This document shows, piece by piece, positions 44,393 to 47,467 of a stretch of 47,467 nt of DNA. The DNA comes from an uncultured Paracraurococcus sp. (lineage in GTDB: Bacteria > Pseudomonadota > Alphaproteobacteria > Acetobacterales > Acetobacteraceae). Position numbers and translations under genes: made by a program. The notes under the pieces are model-generated. The model did not search any database, was not told the origin of the DNA, and was given only the letters and a program-made list of their open reading frames with translations. The stretch is taken from the NCBI GenBank assembly GCA_903896535.1, contig CAITYE010000400.1, forward strand, positions 1 to 47,467, given 5' to 3'. The first letter of the stretch is position 1, and each line of letters starts with the position of its first letter.

Positions 44393-46186
44393 TCAGACGA
44401 GCACCTTGCCCTCATCCGTCACCCCGGCCACGCCGCCGGCCTGCCCCGGGCCCAGGATCATCTCGTTATGCGCGGCGCCGGAGGGGATCATCGGGAAGCA
44501 GCTCTCCTCCTTCTCCACCAGCACATCCATGATGACCGCGCCGGGATGGGCGATCATCTCGCGGATCGCGGCGTCGAGCTGGTTCGGATCGCTCACCCGC
44601 ATGCCCCGCGCGTGGAAGCTCTCGGCCAGTTTCACGAAATCCGGCAGGGCGGCGGAATAGCTTTCCGAATAGCGGGAGCCGTGCAGCAACTCCTGCCATT
44701 GCCGCACCATGCCCATGTATTCGTTGTTCAGGATAAAGACTTTGACGGGCAGCCGGTACTGCGCCAGCGTCGCCATTTCCTGGATGTTCATCAGGATCGA
44801 GGCTTCGCCCGCAATGTCGATCACCAGCGCATCCGGATGGGCAACCTGCACGCCCATCGCGGCCGGCAGCCCATAGCCCATGGTCCCCAAGCCACCGCTG
44901 GTCAGCCAATGGTTCGGCTGCTGAAACCCAAAATACTGCGCCGCCCACATTTGGTGCTGGCCGACCTCGGTGCTGATGAAGGTCTCCCGGCCCAGCTCGC
45001 GGGTGATCTCGTACAGCCGCTTCACCGCGTGCTGCGGCTTGATGATCGCGCCTTCCTGCCGATACTGCAGGCAGTTGGTCTTGCGCCATTCCTCGATCTG
45101 CCGCCACCAGCCGGCCAGCGCGGGGCGGTCTTGCGGCGTCGGGTCCTGCTGCCAGCATTCCAGCAAAGCGGCGAGCGTCGCCGCCGCATCGCCGATGATC
45201 GCGACATCGACCGGGACGCTCTTGTTGATCGAGGAGGGGTCGATATCGGCGTGGATCTTCTTCGAGGCCGGTGAGAAGGCGTTGAGCCGCCCGGTCACCC
45301 GGTCATCGAACCGGGCGCCGATATTCAGCATGACGTCGCAGCCATGCATCGCGAGATTCGCCTCATAGGTCCCGTGCATCCCCAGCATGCCGAGGAATTG
45401 CCGGTCCTCGGCCGGATAGGCGCCGAGGCCCATCAGGGTATTCGTGCAGGGCATACCGCTCAGGCGGACGAACTCGGTCAGCAGGCGCGACGCCTCCGGA
45501 CCGGCATTGATCACGCCGCCACCGGCATAGACGATCGGCCGCTTGGCGCCTTTCAGCAGCCGCACCGCCGCCTGGATCGCCTGCGGCTCCGGCCGCGTCT
45601 TTGGGCGATAGCTGCGATGCGGGGTGGTCGGTGCTTCGGTATAGGGGCCCTTGCCGATCAGGATGTCCTTCGGCAGGTCGACCACCACCGGACCGGGCCG
45701 GCCGGACTTCGCCACATAGAAGGCCTCGTGCATCACGCCGGCCAGCTTGTTGATGTCCTTGACCAGATAGTTGTGCTTGGTCGCGGGACGGGTGATGCCG
45801 GTGGTGTCGGCCTCCTGGAAGGCGTCATTGCCGATGAGGTGGGTCGGCACCTGCCCGGTCAGGCAGATCACGGGGATGCTGTCCATCAGCGCATCGACCA
45901 GGCCGGTCACCGCATTCGTCGCGCCCGGGCCGGAGGTGACCAGCACCACGCCGACCTTGCCGGTGGAGCGGGCATAGCCTTCCGCCGCATGCACCGCCGC
46001 CTGTTCGTGGCGCACCAGGATGTGGCGAATGGCGTTCTGGTGGAAGATCGCGTCATAGAGCGGCAGGACGGCGCCGCCGGGATAGCCGAAAATCACCTCG
46101 ACCCCATTGTCCTTCAATGCTTGCAGGACGATCTCCGCGCCGTTCATGGTGCGGGTTGCGGCGAGGGTTTCGGGGCTGGCAGACAT
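44393..46186 (-). CDS. ilvI: Acetolactate synthase large (catalytic) subunit
   Basis: From the ATG at 46186. NGAEIVLQALKDNGVEVIFGYPGGAVLPLYDA and the ThDP motif GLGTMGYGLPAAMG...NNEYMGMV. Confidence 0.95.
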   Translation of the reverse strand: MSASPETLAATRTMNGAEIVLQALKDNGVEVIFGYPGGAVLPLYDAIFHQNAIRHILVRHEQAAVHAAEGYARSTGKVGVVLVTSGPGATNAVTGLVDALMDSIPVICLTGQVPTHLIGNDAFQEADTTGITRPATKHNYLVKDINKLAGVMHEAFYVAKSGRPGPVVVDLPKDILIGKGPYTEAPTTPHRSYRPKTRPEPQAIQAAVRLLKGAKRPIVYAGGGVINAGPEASRLLTEFVRLSGMPCTNTLMGLGAYPAEDRQFLGMLGMHGTYEANLAMHGCDVMLNIGARFDDRVTGRLNAFSPASKKIHADIDPSSINKSVPVDVAIIGDAAATLAALLECWQQDPTPQDRPALAGWWRQIEEWRKTNCLQYRQEGAIIKPQHAVKRLYEITRELGRETFISTEVGQHQMWAAQYFGFQQPNHWLTSGGLGTMGYGLPAAMGVQVAHPDALVIDIAGEASILMNIQEMATLAQYRLPVKVFILNNEYMGMVRQWQELLHGSRYSESYSAALPDFVKLAESFHARGMRVSDPNQLDAAIREMIAHPGAVIMDVLVEKEESCFPMIPSGAAHNEMILGPGQAGGVAGVTDEGKVLV

Positions 46187-46199
46187 CGCGGGATTCCTG

Positions 46200-46232
46200 A
46201 AAACAACACGCCAGGTCGGAGTGCGCCTGGCG
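46200..46232 (-). terminator. Terminator/attenuator-like hairpin plus U-tract between miaA and ilvI
   Basis: On the minus strand: cgccagg-N10-cctggcg (46232 to 46209), then TGTTGTTTT (46208 to 46200). The ilvI SD (AGGA) follows immediately, and the ATG is 13 nt past the U-tract. Confidence 0.5.
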
Positions 46233-46266
46233 GGAGAGCGTTGCCTAGGCCGTGTGGCCGGGCACG

Positions 46267-47235
46267 TCAACGCCAGTTTTCAATAAATGCGAAGATTTCC
46301 GCGATTTTGCTTTCCTGAAATTGCGCCTGATCCCCGATTCGCGCATGGATGATATGCGCGGCACCCGGGGGTGCGAGCCGGTGATGGCGGAACCAGGTGG
46401 CCTGCCGCTTTGTGTACTGCCCGGTATGCAGCACCGCCCGCTGCTCGGCCGCGCCCAGCGTCATGCCGCCGTTGAGGTGGGCGAGCAGCTCGGGCACCCC
46501 ATGCGCGCGCATTGCCGGCAACGCGGGATCGAGCCCCTGCGCGGCCAGCGCCTGGACCTCCTGCATGGCCCCGGCCGCCAGCATGGCGGCGAAGCGGGTG
46601 GCGATCGCCGCGCGCAGCGCCTCTCTGGGCGGGTCGAGCAGGATGGCGGCGAAGCGCGCCTCGGCCGGTGGCAGCGCCGCGCCGGCCGCCTGCCAGGCAC
46701 GCAGCCCCTGGCCGGTGCCCAGCAGCACCTCATAGGCGCGGGCGACCCGCTGGCTGTCGCCCGGCTGCAGTCCGGCGGCGGTGGTCGGGTCGAGGGCGGC
46801 GAGGCGCGCATGCAGGGCGGGCGCCCCTTCGGCGGCAAGCCGCGCGCGGGCCTCGGCGCGGGCCGCCGGGGGGATGGGCGGAATCGCCGCCAGCCCGTCG
46901 GTCAGCGCGCGGAAGTAAAGCCCGGTGCCGCCACAGAGAATCGGCAGCCGCCCCGCCGCCCAACTCTCCGCCATGGCGGCAAGTGCCGTCTCCCGCCACC
47001 AGGCGACGCTGGCCGCCTGCACGGCCGGCCGCACGCCATACAGCCGGTGCGGGACGGCCGCCTGCTCGGCGCCGCTGGGCTGGGCGGTGAGGATCGGCAG
47101 CTCGCGATAAAGCTGCATGGCATCGGCATTGATCACGATGCCGCCGCAGCGCCGCGCAATCTCCAGCGCCAGGGCGGATTTGCCGCTGGCGGTCGGGCCG
47201 GCGATGAGCAGGGCGGGGGGTGGCGATTGCGTCAT
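46267..47235 (-). CDS. miaA: tRNA dimethylallyltransferase
   Basis: From the ATG at 47235. The P-loop is LLIAGPTASGKSALALEIA, with MiaA motifs downstream (ILCGGTGLY, QRVARAYEV). Confidence 0.92.
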   Translation of the reverse strand: MTQSPPPALLIAGPTASGKSALALEIARRCGGIVINADAMQLYRELPILTAQPSGAEQAAVPHRLYGVRPAVQAASVAWWRETALAAMAESWAAGRLPILCGGTGLYFRALTDGLAAIPPIPPAARAEARARLAAEGAPALHARLAALDPTTAAGLQPGDSQRVARAYEVLLGTGQGLRAWQAAGAALPPAEARFAAILLDPPREALRAAIATRFAAMLAAGAMQEVQALAAQGLDPALPAMRAHGVPELLAHLNGGMTLGAAEQRAVLHTGQYTKRQATWFRHHRLAPPGAAHIIHARIGDQAQFQESKIAEIFAFIENWR

Positions 47236-47264
47236 GCCGGCGGCCGGGCCATAGCGGGCGCGCC

Positions 47265-47467
47265 ATGCCGCATGTTCTGACCCTCGTCGCGCCACCCGGT
47301 ACCTTGCGCGCCGCGCAGCTGCACGCCGCCCGCGATGCGCTGCGTGCCCTCGGCGCCCGCACGGATGCGCCGGACTGGCTGGCCGAGGCCGAGGCGGCCG
47401 ACCTGCCATTCGAGGAATTGTCCGCCGAACCCGCCCTGGCTGCCGCGCGGGGTGCGCTTGGCGGCGC
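47265..47467 (+). CDS. serB: Probable phosphoserine phosphatase, N-terminal fragment (3' end outside window)
   Basis: The frame is open from the ATG at 47265 to the window end (MPHVLTLVAPPGTLRAAQLHAARDALRALGA...). The N-terminal pattern and the divergent position next to miaA are typical of alphaproteobacterial serB. The catalytic domain is not visible. Confidence 0.45.
   Translation, partial: MPHVLTLVAPPGTLRAAQLHAARDALRALGARTDAPDWLAEAEAADLPFEELSAEPALAAARGALGG

Noticed and set aside
46187-46266. A classical ilv leader peptide (Ile/Leu/Val-rich) for attenuation upstream of ilvI.
   Set aside because: No short ORF with branched-chain codon runs fits in the 80-nt spacer. Only the hairpin plus U-tract is reported.

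Overview
This is a high-GC (roughly two-thirds to 70% G+C by eye), gene-dense chromosomal segment. Gene order and content suggest an alphaproteobacterium (Rhodospirillales/Acetobacteraceae-like); that placement is inference only. I support about 45 protein-coding genes, almost all core housekeeping: ileS-lspA-DUF3035-like lipoprotein-M16 peptidase pair, pgi, mutL, queG, queA-tgt-queF, dnaB-alr-mlaEF, serB/miaA-ilvIH-ilvC, and a Suv3-like helicase/S4/double cold-shock-domain/Rrf2 cluster. There are also two orphan Bug-family binding proteins, transporters and small enzyme genes. I found no rRNA, tRNA, CRISPR array, transposase, integrase, phage gene or recognisable defence or toxin-antitoxin module, and I cannot point to a convincing novel multi-gene system. 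The most unusual content is non-coding. (1) A CTAG-bounded mosaic hairpin repeat family has at least five copies, including two 106-bp copies that are 100% identical in inverted orientation 25.3 kb apart; its termini contain the stop codons of four genes. (2) A second GC-rich hairpin family sits directly after stop codons. (3) Candidate regulatory sites include paired palindromes on a likely leaderless marR promoter, tandem DnaA-box-like 14-mers upstream of dnaB, and a terminator-like hairpin just upstream of ilvI. (4) Two atypical spacers lie in or next to the ilv cluster. At the protein level, three things merit follow-up: the helicase/S4/2xCSD cluster with long R/G/P-rich tails, a DegP-like PDZ protein whose catalytic triad looks substituted, and a MarR + Bug pair embedded among queuosine genes. 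All calls come from reading the sequence and the ORF track by eye, and family names are from memory of motifs.
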